A DNA stretch of 64,000 bases from an uncultured Bacteroidales bacterium (GTDB lineage: Bacteria > Bacteroidota > Bacteroidia > Bacteroidales > Bacteroidaceae): contig CACZAN010000033.1 in assembly GCA_902779165.1 (NCBI GenBank), forward strand, positions 23,310 through 87,309. The letters run 5' to 3'. Made by a program: the position numbers and the translations under genes. Every line of letters begins with the position of its first letter. Within the stretch, counting starts at the first letter, position 1. The notes below the pieces were generated by a model. The model was not told the origin of the DNA. It saw only the letters and a list, made by a program, of their open reading frames with translations, and did no database searches. Below are positions 1 to 9,020 of the stretch, piece by piece.

Positions 1-1
1 T

Positions 2-1426
2 TTGAGCTACACCGGTACCCTCTCAAACAGCATCAATACCAAGGAAAACAAGCTCTTCCACTCCAATCTCATCAAGGACTGGCGAAATGGCATGCGGCAT
101 TCAGTGCCTGTCAGTGCCTCGTTCTCGCTGCTGAACTATATTAATGTGACGCCCTCTTTCAACTTTCAGGACCGCATGTATACCTACAAGGTGAACCGCT
201 CGTGGGACCAGGATCAGCAGGCGGAGTTACGCGATACCACCTACGGATTCTACAACGTTTATGACTACAACCTCAGTGTCTCGGCCAGCACCAAATTGTA
301 CGGTACTTATACGCCTCTTATCGGAAAGAAAATCATGGCGATTCGTCATGTGCTGACACCTACCGTTAGCTTCTCCTACGCTCCGGACTTCGGCGCTGCA
401 CGCTACGGCTACTGGGACACCTACACGAAGACGGACAAGGACGGCAACGTTTCGACCGTCACCTACTCGCCCTACCAGGGGGCTTTGTATGGAGTGCCCG
501 GACAAGGTCAGACGGGAAACATCTCGGTGGATATCGGCAATAACATTGAGATGAAGGTACGTACCAGCAACGACTCCCTGAAGAAAATAAGTATTATTGA
601 TGAACTGGGAGCTTCGATGTCGTATAATATGGCAGCCAAGACCCGACCCTGGAGTGACCTGAGTACCCGCTTGCGCGTGAAACTCGGAAAGAACAAGACC
701 TACTCTTTCAATGCCCAGTGGGCTACGTATGCTTATGAGATTGATGAGAACGGACGTGTATATGTAGGTGATCGCACGGAATATAGCTACGGTCGCTTCG
801 GCCGTTTCCAGGGAATGAGTCATAACTTCTCTTATACTTTCAACAATCAGACTTTCAAGAAGTGGTTCGGAAAGGGGGATAAGAAGGACAAAGACAAGGA
901 CAAAGACAAGGATGACGACGAGGCAGAAAACGAAGAAGACGATGAAGCAATCAATAACGACACCAATCTCGATCCGGACCTGAACAGGGGACGAGGAGGC
1001 GAGCGGCGTGAAGAAAGCGGACTCGATGAAGACGGCTACCTGAAGTTCTCGTTGCCGTGGTCCTTCTCTGTCTCTTATGGCGTCTCGATACGTGAGAACA
1101 CCGCCGGAACCTTCAACACCAAACGAATGCGCTATCCCTACAAGCTCACTCACACCCTGAACTTCTCGGGTAACCTGCAGATTGCTGAAGGATGGAATAT
1201 TTCCTGGTCTTCGGGCTATGACTTCAACTATAAGAAACTCTCGATGACGACAGCTTCGCTCTCTCGCGACCTCCACTGCTTCAATATGTCGTGTAGCGTG
1301 GTGCTCACACCTTACACCTCATTCAACTTCACCTTCGTCTGCAACGCTTCTACGTTAGCTGACGTCCTGAAGTGGCGCAAGCAGAGCAGTTATAGCAATC
1401 AACTACAGTGGTATGACGACAATTAA
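2..1426 (+). CDS. C-terminal part of a large outer-membrane beta-barrel protein (Bacteroidota LptD_2-like family); 5' end lies outside the window
   Basis: The ORF is open at the window start and has a beta-strand-rich composition. It contains an internal K/D/E low-complexity insert, KDKDKDKDKDDDEAENEEDDEA. Confidence 0.55.
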   Translation: MSYTGTLSNSINTKENKLFHSNLIKDWRNGMRHSVPVSASFSLLNYINVTPSFNFQDRMYTYKVNRSWDQDQQAELRDTTYGFYNVYDYNLSVSASTKLYGTYTPLIGKKIMAIRHVLTPTVSFSYAPDFGAARYGYWDTYTKTDKDGNVSTVTYSPYQGALYGVPGQGQTGNISVDIGNNIEMKVRTSNDSLKKISIIDELGASMSYNMAAKTRPWSDLSTRLRVKLGKNKTYSFNAQWATYAYEIDENGRVYVGDRTEYSYGRFGRFQGMSHNFSYTFNNQTFKKWFGKGDKKDKDKDKDKDDDEAENEEDDEAINNDTNLDPDLNRGRGGERREESGLDEDGYLKFSLPWSFSVSYGVSIRENTAGTFNTKRMRYPYKLTHTLNFSGNLQIAEGWNISWSSGYDFNYKKLSMTTASLSRDLHCFNMSCSVVLTPYTSFNFTFVCNASTLADVLKWRKQSSYSNQLQWYDDN

Positions 1427-1439
1427 TCAACATACAGAC

Positions 1440-2132
1440 ATGAAGAAATCAACAATTTTTATCGCCCTCGCTGGACTCCTGTTCATCGCTTGTGGCAAAG
1501 GGCAAGAGTTCCACTACACAGAGATTATTCATCCTTCGTCCAACACGCGTAGTATTGTCCTCTGGGCAGACCAGACCCGCGACAGTCTCGTTTTCGCCTC
1601 TTCCGATTCCTGGACGCTCACTTCGAGTGATCCCTCCTGGTGCTCTTTCGATCAGGAAGACGCTAAGTTCGAGAACAAGTATAACAATGCGATGATTACC
1701 CAGAAAATATTACTCACCTTCACTCCCAATACCACGGGGAAACTGCGCAGTGCTGTGTTGCGAATTGATGGAGGCGAGTCCGCGAATGCGGCCTATTATG
1801 CTCAAGTGCCCTATCTGGGAGTCACACATCCTTCGCGCCTGGTGTCTATGGACCTGCGCACTGACAGCTTAGTGACGCTGACGGCTCCCGCCTCGGCAGA
1901 ACTGGACAGCGTGGAGTTTGAGGTCTTTAGCAATTGGACGCTTACGGCTGTCGACGGCTCTTGGGTGACACCTCAGAAGACGTCGGGCAAAGCTGGCGTT
2001 TATAAAGTGTTCCTCGACCTCAAGCAGAACACGGTTTCTCAGGAACGTCGTGATACGTTGTTGCTGACATCCAACGGTATCACGGATTCCATTCCCGTTC
2101 TTCAGCAGAAGTTCATCATTGTTAGTGAATAA
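1440..2132 (+). CDS. Lipoprotein with BACON-like domains
   Basis: I trimmed the start to the ATG at 1440. The lipobox signal is MKKSTIFIALAGLLFIAC. Two W..T..D.SW segments resemble BACON domains. Confidence 0.6.
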   Translation: MKKSTIFIALAGLLFIACGKGQEFHYTEIIHPSSNTRSIVLWADQTRDSLVFASSDSWTLTSSDPSWCSFDQEDAKFENKYNNAMITQKILLTFTPNTTGKLRSAVLRIDGGESANAAYYAQVPYLGVTHPSRLVSMDLRTDSLVTLTAPASAELDSVEFEVFSNWTLTAVDGSWVTPQKTSGKAGVYKVFLDLKQNTVSQERRDTLLLTSNGITDSIPVLQQKFIIVSE

Positions 2133-2159
2133 CCTCTCAATAGTTTCAGCTTCACCGAC

Positions 2160-3521
2160 ATGAAGGAAATCCTCTACCATTTGGGCATCGAAGCACTGAA
2201 TGCGATGCAACAGGAGACGATTGCCGCTTATCGTCGCAACCTTCAGCTCGTACTGTTGTCGCCTACGGGCAGCGGCAAGACACTGGCTTACCTGCTTCCG
2301 CTGGCCGAGGAACTGCATGCGATTGCTCCTGAGAACTCTCTCGGAGGTCATGCGAAGGAGACGCTCAACCTTACTCCCTGGCCACGGGCACTCGTCCTCG
2401 TCCCTTCGCGAGAGTTGGCTGCACAGACGGTGGATGTCATCAAGGCGATGAAATGTGGGCTGCGGGCTGTGGCCTGCTATGGCGGAAGGGCAGCGATGGA
2501 TGAACATCGGGTGTTGCGCGAAGTGCAGCCTCACATCGTCGTCGCCACCCCTGGTCGTGCGGCAGACCACCTGCGCAAACAGAATATTGACGGCTCGGCA
2601 GTCGGCATACTCATCATTGATGAATTCGACAAGAGCCTGGAACTGGGCTTTCAGGCAGAGATGGAAGAAGTCATCAAGATGTTGCCTCATGTGAGTCGGA
2701 GGTTCCTCCTTTCTGCCACCGATAACGAGCAGATTCCGGCGTTCGTCGGTGCAGCCTTCGAGAAACTGGACTTCACCGACCAGCCACTTGACGGCACTGC
2801 GCAGAACGACAAGCTGACCGTCCATCTCGTTCGTTCACCCGAGAAGGATAAACTGCAGACCCTTCGCGAACTGCTCTGTCGCCTGGGTGCGGAATCCTCT
2901 ATGGTCTTCGTGAACTATCGCGAGAGTGTGGAGCGTGTGGCACACTTCTTGAAAAAAGAAGGATTCAGCATCAGCGCCTTCCACGGAGGCATGGAACAAC
3001 GCGACCGCGAGCGGGCACTCTACCGCTTTGCCGGAGGTTCTGCCCTGACACTCATCTCTACAGATCTGGCGGCACGTGGCCTGGATATCGACGATGTGCG
3101 CCATATCATTCATTACCATTTGCCCTTGAATGCCGATGCATTCACGCATCGCAACGGGCGCACAGCCCGATGGGACAGGGAAGGGGACGCTTGGGTGATA
3201 TTAGGACCGGAAGAAAATATTGCGCAGCTTGTTCCCTCCATTCCTGAAGAGATGCCCGAAGGGCGGGACGGGGCAGTTCCTCTCCCTCTTTGGACCACCC
3301 TCTATATCGGCAAAGGTAAGAAGGATAAGGTGAACAAGGTGGATATTGTTGGTTTCCTATCGAAGGTGGGTGGATTGCAGCGCGAGGAACTGGGACGTAT
3401 CGATGTGGGTGACCACTGGGCCTATGCGGCAGTGGCCCGACAGAAGGCAGATGACGTTCTCCTTCGCGTGCGCGGACAAAAGATAAAAGGTGTCAGAACG
3501 CTTATTGAAAAAGCTCGCTGA
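2160..3521 (+). CDS. DEAD/DEAH-box RNA helicase with DbpA-type C-terminal RNA-binding domain
   Basis: Motifs present: SPTGSGKT (I), IIDEFD (II), SAT (III), HRNGRTAR (VI), and a C-terminal LYIGKGKKDKV...DIVGF DbpA-like tail. Confidence 0.85.
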   Translation: MKEILYHLGIEALNAMQQETIAAYRRNLQLVLLSPTGSGKTLAYLLPLAEELHAIAPENSLGGHAKETLNLTPWPRALVLVPSRELAAQTVDVIKAMKCGLRAVACYGGRAAMDEHRVLREVQPHIVVATPGRAADHLRKQNIDGSAVGILIIDEFDKSLELGFQAEMEEVIKMLPHVSRRFLLSATDNEQIPAFVGAAFEKLDFTDQPLDGTAQNDKLTVHLVRSPEKDKLQTLRELLCRLGAESSMVFVNYRESVERVAHFLKKEGFSISAFHGGMEQRDRERALYRFAGGSALTLISTDLAARGLDIDDVRHIIHYHLPLNADAFTHRNGRTARWDREGDAWVILGPEENIAQLVPSIPEEMPEGRDGAVPLPLWTTLYIGKGKKDKVNKVDIVGFLSKVGGLQREELGRIDVGDHWAYAAVARQKADDVLLRVRGQKIKGVRTLIEKAR

Positions 3522-3689
3522 CCCCCTATTTTGCTTAGTGGACTGTGCAAACGCCCTCAAACTTGCTGGAAAGCAAGGCCAAAGGGAGAGAAAAATGACA
3601 GATAATTTGGCCGTATGCCGAAAAAGCCGTAACTTCGCGGCACAAAAGTATAAAATTCATAAACTTCAAAACTCATAAACACACAGATT

Positions 3690-4757
3690 ATGAAAAAGTA
3701 CAATTTCAATGCTGGTCCCTCCAAGCTTCCCCGTGAGGTGATGGAGGCTACTGCTGCTGCCTGCCTTGACTTCGAGGGCAGTGGTCTTTCTCTGATGGAA
3801 ATGAGCCATCGTGCCAAGAACTTCCAGCCCGTCGTTGACGAGGCAGTAGCTCTCTTCAAGGAACTTCTCGACATCCCCGAAGGTTATAGCGTCATCTTCC
3901 TTGGCGGAGGTGCCAGCCTGCAGTTCTGCATGGTGCCCTTCAACCTCCTTGAGAAAAAAGCAGCCTACCTGAATACGGGTGTGTGGGCTACCAAGGCTGA
4001 GAAGGAGGCAAAGCTCTTTGGTGAGGTCGTTGAGGTAGCTTCGAGCAAGGACAGGAACTTTACTTATATTCCTAAGGACTTTACGATTCCCGCAGATGCA
4101 GATTACTTCCACATAACGACGAACAACACCATCTACGGAACTGAGATTTTGAAGGATTTCGACAGCCCTGTTCCCATGGTTGCCGACATGAGTTCTGATA
4201 TCTTCAGCCGTCCCATTGATGTCAGCAAGTACGGCCTGATTTATGGCGGTGCCCAGAAGAACCTCTCCATGGCTGGTGTCACTTTCGTCATCATCAAGGA
4301 AGACCTGCTGGGCAAGGTGAGCCGTCCCATTCCCACAATGCTCAACTATCAGACGCACGTCAGCAAAGGCAGCATGTTCAACACGCCTCCGACGGTTCCC
4401 ATCTATTGCGCTCTTCAGAACCTCAAGTGGATTAAGAAGCAGGGTGGTGTAGAGGCCATGGAGAAGATGGCTATCCAGCGTGCAGAAATTGTTTATGGCG
4501 AGATCGACCGCAACAAGCTCTTCGTCGGCACTGCTGAGGAGGACAGCCGTTCCCGTATGAATATCACCTTCGTTCTCAAACCCGAGTACCAGGAACTGCA
4601 GGATGAGTTCATGGCTTTTGCTACCAGCAAGGGCATGGTCGGTGTGAAGGGTCATCGTGATGTCGGCGGTTTCCGCGCCAGCTGCTACAATGCAATGGAT
4701 CTCGAGGGCGTGAATGCACTCGTAGCTTGCATGCAAGAATTTGAAAAAATGCATTAA
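3690..4757 (+). CDS. serC: Phosphoserine aminotransferase
   Basis: Full-length class V aminotransferase with a typical SerC N-terminus ([14 protein letters not shown]). It is adjacent to serA. Confidence 0.9.
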   Translation: MKKYNFNAGPSKLPREVMEATAAACLDFEGSGLSLMEMSHRAKNFQPVVDEAVALFKELLDIPEGYSVIFLGGGASLQFCMVPFNLLEKKAAYLNTGVWATKAEKEAKLFGEVVEVASSKDRNFTYIPKDFTIPADADYFHITTNNTIYGTEILKDFDSPVPMVADMSSDIFSRPIDVSKYGLIYGGAQKNLSMAGVTFVIIKEDLLGKVSRPIPTMLNYQTHVSKGSMFNTPPTVPIYCALQNLKWIKKQGGVEAMEKMAIQRAEIVYGEIDRNKLFVGTAEEDSRSRMNITFVLKPEYQELQDEFMAFATSKGMVGVKGHRDVGGFRASCYNAMDLEGVNALVACMQEFEKMH

Positions 4758-4759
4758 TT

Positions 4760-5680
4760 ATGGCTAAAGTACTTATTGCAACAGAAAAGCCTTTCTCCGG
4801 CGTGGCCGTGAAGGGCATCAAGGAAGTGTTCGATGCAGCCGGCTATGAAGTGGTTCTGCTCGAGAAATATACAGAGAAGGCACAGCTGCTGGACGCTGTC
4901 AAGGACGTGGACGCCATGATCATCCGTTCCGACAAGGTTGATGCCGAAGTGCTGGACGCTGCCAAGCAGTTGAAGATTGTGGTCCGTGCCGGTGCTGGCT
5001 ACGACAACATCGACCTCGAAGCCGCTACGGCTCATAAGGTGGTGGCCATGAACACCCCGGGCCAGAACGCTAACAGCGTGGCAGAACTCGTGTTCGGACT
5101 GCTGGTATATGCCAAGCGTAACTTCTTCAACGGCACCAGCGGCACAGAACTGAAAGCCAAGCGTCTGGGTATCCTTGCTTTTGGTGCAGTGGGACGCAAT
5201 GTGGCACGTATTGCCAAGGGCTTTGATATGGACGTGGCTGCTTACGATGCTTACTGCCCTGCAGAAGTCATCGAGGCTGCTGGCGTGAAAGCCGTAGGGT
5301 CTGCCGCAGAGCTCTTCGAGCAGAGCGACATTGTCAGCCTGCATATTCCTGCTACCGCTGAAACCAAGCAGAGCATCAATCGCGAACTCGTCTCGAAGCT
5401 GCCGAAGGGTGGCATCCTCGTGAATACCGCTCGCAAGGAAGTCATTAATGAGCCTGAACTGCTGGCATTATTAGCAGAGCGCGAGGACTTGAAGTATGTC
5501 ACCGACATCAAACCCGATGCAGATGCAGACTTTGCCAAATTCGAAGGACGCTACTTTGCAACACCGAAGAAGATGGGCGCTCAGACCGCTGAGGCCAACA
5601 TCAACGCTGGCATCGCCGCCGCCCACCAGATTGTCGGCTTCCTCGAAGAGGGAATCACCAAGTTCCAAGTAAACAAGTAA
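4760..5680 (+). CDS. serA: D-3-phosphoglycerate dehydrogenase (short 2-hydroxyacid dehydrogenase form)
   Basis: NAD-binding GFGAVGRNVA motif and D-isomer 2-hydroxyacid dehydrogenase fold. It starts 3 nt after serC. Confidence 0.8.
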   Translation: MAKVLIATEKPFSGVAVKGIKEVFDAAGYEVVLLEKYTEKAQLLDAVKDVDAMIIRSDKVDAEVLDAAKQLKIVVRAGAGYDNIDLEAATAHKVVAMNTPGQNANSVAELVFGLLVYAKRNFFNGTSGTELKAKRLGILAFGAVGRNVARIAKGFDMDVAAYDAYCPAEVIEAAGVKAVGSAAELFEQSDIVSLHIPATAETKQSINRELVSKLPKGGILVNTARKEVINEPELLALLAEREDLKYVTDIKPDADADFAKFEGRYFATPKKMGAQTAEANINAGIAAAHQIVGFLEEGITKFQVNK

Positions 5681-5684
5681 GCAG

Positions 5685-6932
5685 ATGGCAACAATAAAAC
5701 CTTTCAAGGGCTTGCGTCCACCAAAAGACCTGGTCGAACAAGTGGAGAGCCGCCCCTACGACGTCCTCGAAAGTGAGGAGGCTCGCGCTGAGGCTGGTGA
5801 TAACGAGAAATCGCTGTATCACATCATCAAGCCTGAAATCAACTTCCCCGTCGGCACCAGCGAGTACGACCCACGCGTCTATGAGGAGGCTGCCCGTCAG
5901 TTCCAGATGTTCCAGGATAAGGGCTGGCTCGTGCAGGATAAGGAAGAACATTACTACATCTACGCCCAGACGATGAACGGTAAGACGCAGTATGGTCTTG
6001 TTATCGGAGCATACGTCGAAGACTACATGAACGGCGTCATTAAGAAGCACGAACTCACGCGCCGCGATAAGGAAGAGGACCGAATGAAGCACGTCCGCGT
6101 GAACAATGCCAACATGGAGCCCGTCTTCTTTGCCTACCCCGACAATGCAGTCCTCGATGCTCTGCTGAAGCGCTATGCCGCCACAGAGCCGGAGTATGAC
6201 TTTATTGCACCCATCGATGGCTTCGGCCATAAGTTCTGGATTGTCAGCGACCCCGCAGACATTGCCACCATCACAGAGGAATTCCGCAAGATGCCGTCGC
6301 TCTATATCGCTGACGGTCACCATCGTTCTGCAGCTGCTGCCCTCGTGGGTGCAGAGAAAGCCAAGCAGAATCCCAATCACCGCGGCGACGAGGAGTACAA
6401 CTACTTCATGGCTGTCGCTTTCCAGGCTTCTCAACTCACAATCCTCGACTACAACCGTGTGCTGAAGGATCTCAACGGCCTCACCTCTGAGCAGTTCCTC
6501 GATGCCATTCGCAAGAACTTCACCGTAGAAGACAAGGGAACGGAGATCTACAAGCCCGCAAAGCTCCATGAGTTCTCCCTTTACCTCGACGGCCACTGGT
6601 TCTCACTCGTAGCCAAGGATGGCACTTATGACAACAACGATCCCATCGGCGTGCTCGACGTGGACATCTCCAGCCGCCTCATCCTCGAAGAGATCCTGCA
6701 GCTGGGCGACCTCCGCAGCAGCAACCGCATCGACTTTGTTGGCGGCCTGCGCGGCTTGGCTGAGCTCAAGCGTCGTGTGGACAGTGGAGAAATGCGTGCC
6801 GCCCTCGCCCTCTATCCTGTCTCGATGCAGCAGATCATGGATATCGCCGATAGCGGCAAGATCATGCCTCCAAAGGCCACTTGGTTCGAGCCCAAACTCC
6901 GCAGCGGCCTGGTAGTGCATAAACTGAGTTAA
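5685..6932 (+). CDS. DUF1015 domain-containing protein
   Basis: The N-terminus MATIKPFKGLRPP...RPYDV is typical of DUF1015. The gene follows serC-serA, as is common in Bacteroidota. Confidence 0.75.
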   Translation: MATIKPFKGLRPPKDLVEQVESRPYDVLESEEARAEAGDNEKSLYHIIKPEINFPVGTSEYDPRVYEEAARQFQMFQDKGWLVQDKEEHYYIYAQTMNGKTQYGLVIGAYVEDYMNGVIKKHELTRRDKEEDRMKHVRVNNANMEPVFFAYPDNAVLDALLKRYAATEPEYDFIAPIDGFGHKFWIVSDPADIATITEEFRKMPSLYIADGHHRSAAAALVGAEKAKQNPNHRGDEEYNYFMAVAFQASQLTILDYNRVLKDLNGLTSEQFLDAIRKNFTVEDKGTEIYKPAKLHEFSLYLDGHWFSLVAKDGTYDNNDPIGVLDVDISSRLILEEILQLGDLRSSNRIDFVGGLRGLAELKRRVDSGEMRAALALYPVSMQQIMDIADSGKIMPPKATWFEPKLRSGLVVHKLS

Positions 6933-6934
6933 CG

Positions 6935-7088
6935 GACCCACCCCCTGCCCTCCCTGTAGGGAGGGAGCAATTACCTTTCAAGACTGGTCTTTATTTATTA
7001 AGAAGTCGTTATTGATAACTTAAATGAATGATAGCAATCTTTCAAAAGTAACCGCTCCCTCCCTAACAGGGAGGGCGGGGGGTGAGTC
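6935..7088. mobile_element. GC-hairpin MITE-like element, copy E1 (arms 6935-6968 and 7054-7088)
   Basis: The arms gacccaccccctgccctccctGTAGggagggagc and gctccctccctAACAgggagggcggggggtgagtc are inverted. The centre is AT-rich and contains the ATG at 7024. Confidence 0.8.
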
Positions 7089-7680
7089 TTTTGATTCCTA
7101 CCTTACCATCACCTCCCCTTCCTCGGGGCAATATACGGAGAAGCGAAGCAAGTTCCTTGCCTTCGCTTTTCCGGTTTCTAACGTTGAGGAGATAAAAAGC
7201 ATCCTTGAGGAATACCAGAAGAAATACTACGATGCCCGCCACGTTTGCTACGCCTATATGCTTGGCCATCAGCGCCTCACCTTCCGAGCCAATGACAACG
7301 GAGAGCCCAGCGGAACTGCTGGGAAGCCCATCCTCGGACAAATCAACAGCAACGAACTGACCGACATCCTCATCCTTGTTGTCCGCTATTTCGGCGGAGT
7401 CAAACTCGGCACCAGCGGACTCATCCAAGCCTACAAAGCTGCAGCCGCAGAAGCCATCGCTGCCTCCACAATCATCGAGAAGACGGTTGATGAGCAAATC
7501 ACCATTGCCTTCGAATACCCCCTGATGAACCAAGTCATGCGTGTCGTGAAGGAGGAGTCACCCTCCATCCTCTCTCAATCCTTCGATGGCGACTGCCTCA
7601 TGACCCTCTCCATTCGCGCCGGTCTCATGCCCCGCCTTCGTCAGCGCTTAGAGAAAATCGACGGCCTCCGCATCCCATGA
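7024..7680 (+). CDS. yigZ: YigZ/IMPACT family protein (UPF0029); first ~22 codons are encoded by repeat element E1
   Basis: The core KRSKFLAFAFPV...YDARHVCYAY...DNGEPSGTAG matches the YigZ family. The only in-frame start upstream of the conserved core is the ATG at 7024, inside the repeat. Confidence 0.8.
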   Translation: MNDSNLSKVTAPSLTGRAGGESFDSYLTITSPSSGQYTEKRSKFLAFAFPVSNVEEIKSILEEYQKKYYDARHVCYAYMLGHQRLTFRANDNGEPSGTAGKPILGQINSNELTDILILVVRYFGGVKLGTSGLIQAYKAAAAEAIAASTIIEKTVDEQITIAFEYPLMNQVMRVVKEESPSILSQSFDGDCLMTLSIRAGLMPRLRQRLEKIDGLRIP

Positions 7681-7849
7681 TAGAAGCGCGAAATGTGAGT
7701 GCACTGACTTCGTAAAAACGGAGAATTTTTTCAAAAACACTACACACTACACAAACCGAAACTGGTGCTATTATCGATGATCTAGCAGGAAAAAATAAGG
7801 GAAATGACAAATAATCGGCGATTTTCTTGGTTGTTATCATGATATTGCG

Positions 7850-7857
7850 TATTTTTG
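7850..7857 (+). promoter_or_regulatory. Bacteroidota -7 box (TAnnTTTG) upstream of abiEi
   Basis: tatttttg lies 54 nt upstream of the ATG at 7911. Confidence 0.45.
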
Positions 7858-7910
7858 CAGTCGGAAAGCAAATATAAACAAAAATAGTTTATTTTTAGCA
7901 GTCGATTGTT

Positions 7911-8723
7911 ATGCAGGCGGACAGTTTACAGCATTGGGTTGACCAGCAGATGATACGCGGAAAGTACATCTTTACGAAGGGAGATGTGCTGGCACAAGGA
8001 CTGTCGCTGACAGAGGAAAGTCTGAGGACGGCGTTGTCGAGATTGGTCAAGAAGGGGATGATTGTCTCTCCCTGGCAGAATTTCTATGTGACGGTGCCTA
8101 CGGAGTATCGGTTGAAGGGCGAGATACCGCCATCCTTCTATATCGACAGGCTAATGAAGCATCTGGGCAGGGATTATTACGTGTCTCTGCTGTCGGCTGC
8201 TGCGCTGAATGGTGCTGGGCATCAGCGGGCGATGGTGTTTCAGGTAACTGTCAATGGTGCGCCCATCCGTTCTGGAGTCAAGAATGGTGTAAGGCTTGAT
8301 TTCACACTTCGCAATCCACTCCCGATGGCTTCCGTGAAGCAGGTGAAGACCCAGATGGGATTCATGAATGTTTCATCACCAGAGCTGACAGCACTCGACC
8401 TGGTGTTTAATGAGGAGAAGGTGGGGGGGCTAAGCCGTGTGGCAGAGGTATTGATAGAACTGGCAGAGAACATGCATTTCGATGAATCCAGCGCAGACCT
8501 TCTCGCTTTCTTCAATGCACCTGTTATTCAGCGTTTGGGCTATCTGCTTGATTTGATTGAAGAACATGAGTTAGCCGACCGTCTGTTGATGCTGGCACAA
8601 AAGCAGGGAAAGCTGTTTAGAAAAATCCGTCTGAAGCAGTCGAAGTCCCAAACAGACGAGATGGCGATTGACGGCAGATGGAAGGTGGTTATCAATCAAG
8701 AAATAGAGACTGACGAAATATGA
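7911..8723 (+). CDS. abiEi: AbiEi-family antitoxin / transcriptional regulator (type IV TA system)
   Basis: N-terminal wHTH, a YYVSLLSAAALNGAGHQ segment and a C-terminal RWKVVINQEIETDEI tail are typical of Bacteroidales AbiEi. A 4-nt overlap links it to the abiEii remnant. Confidence 0.75.
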   Translation: MQADSLQHWVDQQMIRGKYIFTKGDVLAQGLSLTEESLRTALSRLVKKGMIVSPWQNFYVTVPTEYRLKGEIPPSFYIDRLMKHLGRDYYVSLLSAAALNGAGHQRAMVFQVTVNGAPIRSGVKNGVRLDFTLRNPLPMASVKQVKTQMGFMNVSSPELTALDLVFNEEKVGGLSRVAEVLIELAENMHFDESSADLLAFFNAPVIQRLGYLLDLIEEHELADRLLMLAQKQGKLFRKIRLKQSKSQTDEMAIDGRWKVVINQEIETDEI

Positions 8724-8914
8724 TACCAGAATTCTTTATCCAAGAATGGAAGGAGAAGGCTCCTTGGACTGAACCTTATATGGTGGAGCAGGATCTTATT
8801 ATCTGCCGCGCTCTGATAAGCATCTTCAGCGATGAACGTACAGTTAGTTCGTTCGGACGTATATACGTGAGGACCGAGACGTATATACGTAAAGGCGAAG
8901 ATGTATATATGTAA
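8720..8914 (+). pseudogene. abiEii: Truncated AbiEii nucleotidyltransferase toxin (only ~39 N-terminal codons are homologous)
   Basis: MIPEFFIQEWKEKAPWTEPYMVEQDLIICRALISIFSDE matches the AbiEii N-terminus. The reading frame then runs into the GTATATACG tandem array and stops before the NTase motif. Confidence 0.75.
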
Positions 8915-9014
8915 AGGGCGAAATGTATATACGTAAAGAACGTTACGTCCTCTCGTGGAAGATGTAACGGATTATCGTGGAGGACGTAACGGATTATTGC
9001 GGAGGACGTGACGG
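8855..9014 (+). repeat. Iteron-like array of ~22 bp units (GTATATACG-type units, then ACGGATTAT..GGAGGACGT-type units)
   Basis: There are four gtatatacg-containing units and then three taacggattatcgtggaggacg-like units. The array is homologous in inverted orientation to 29359-29548. Confidence 0.8.
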
Positions 9015-9020
9015 TCGTTC

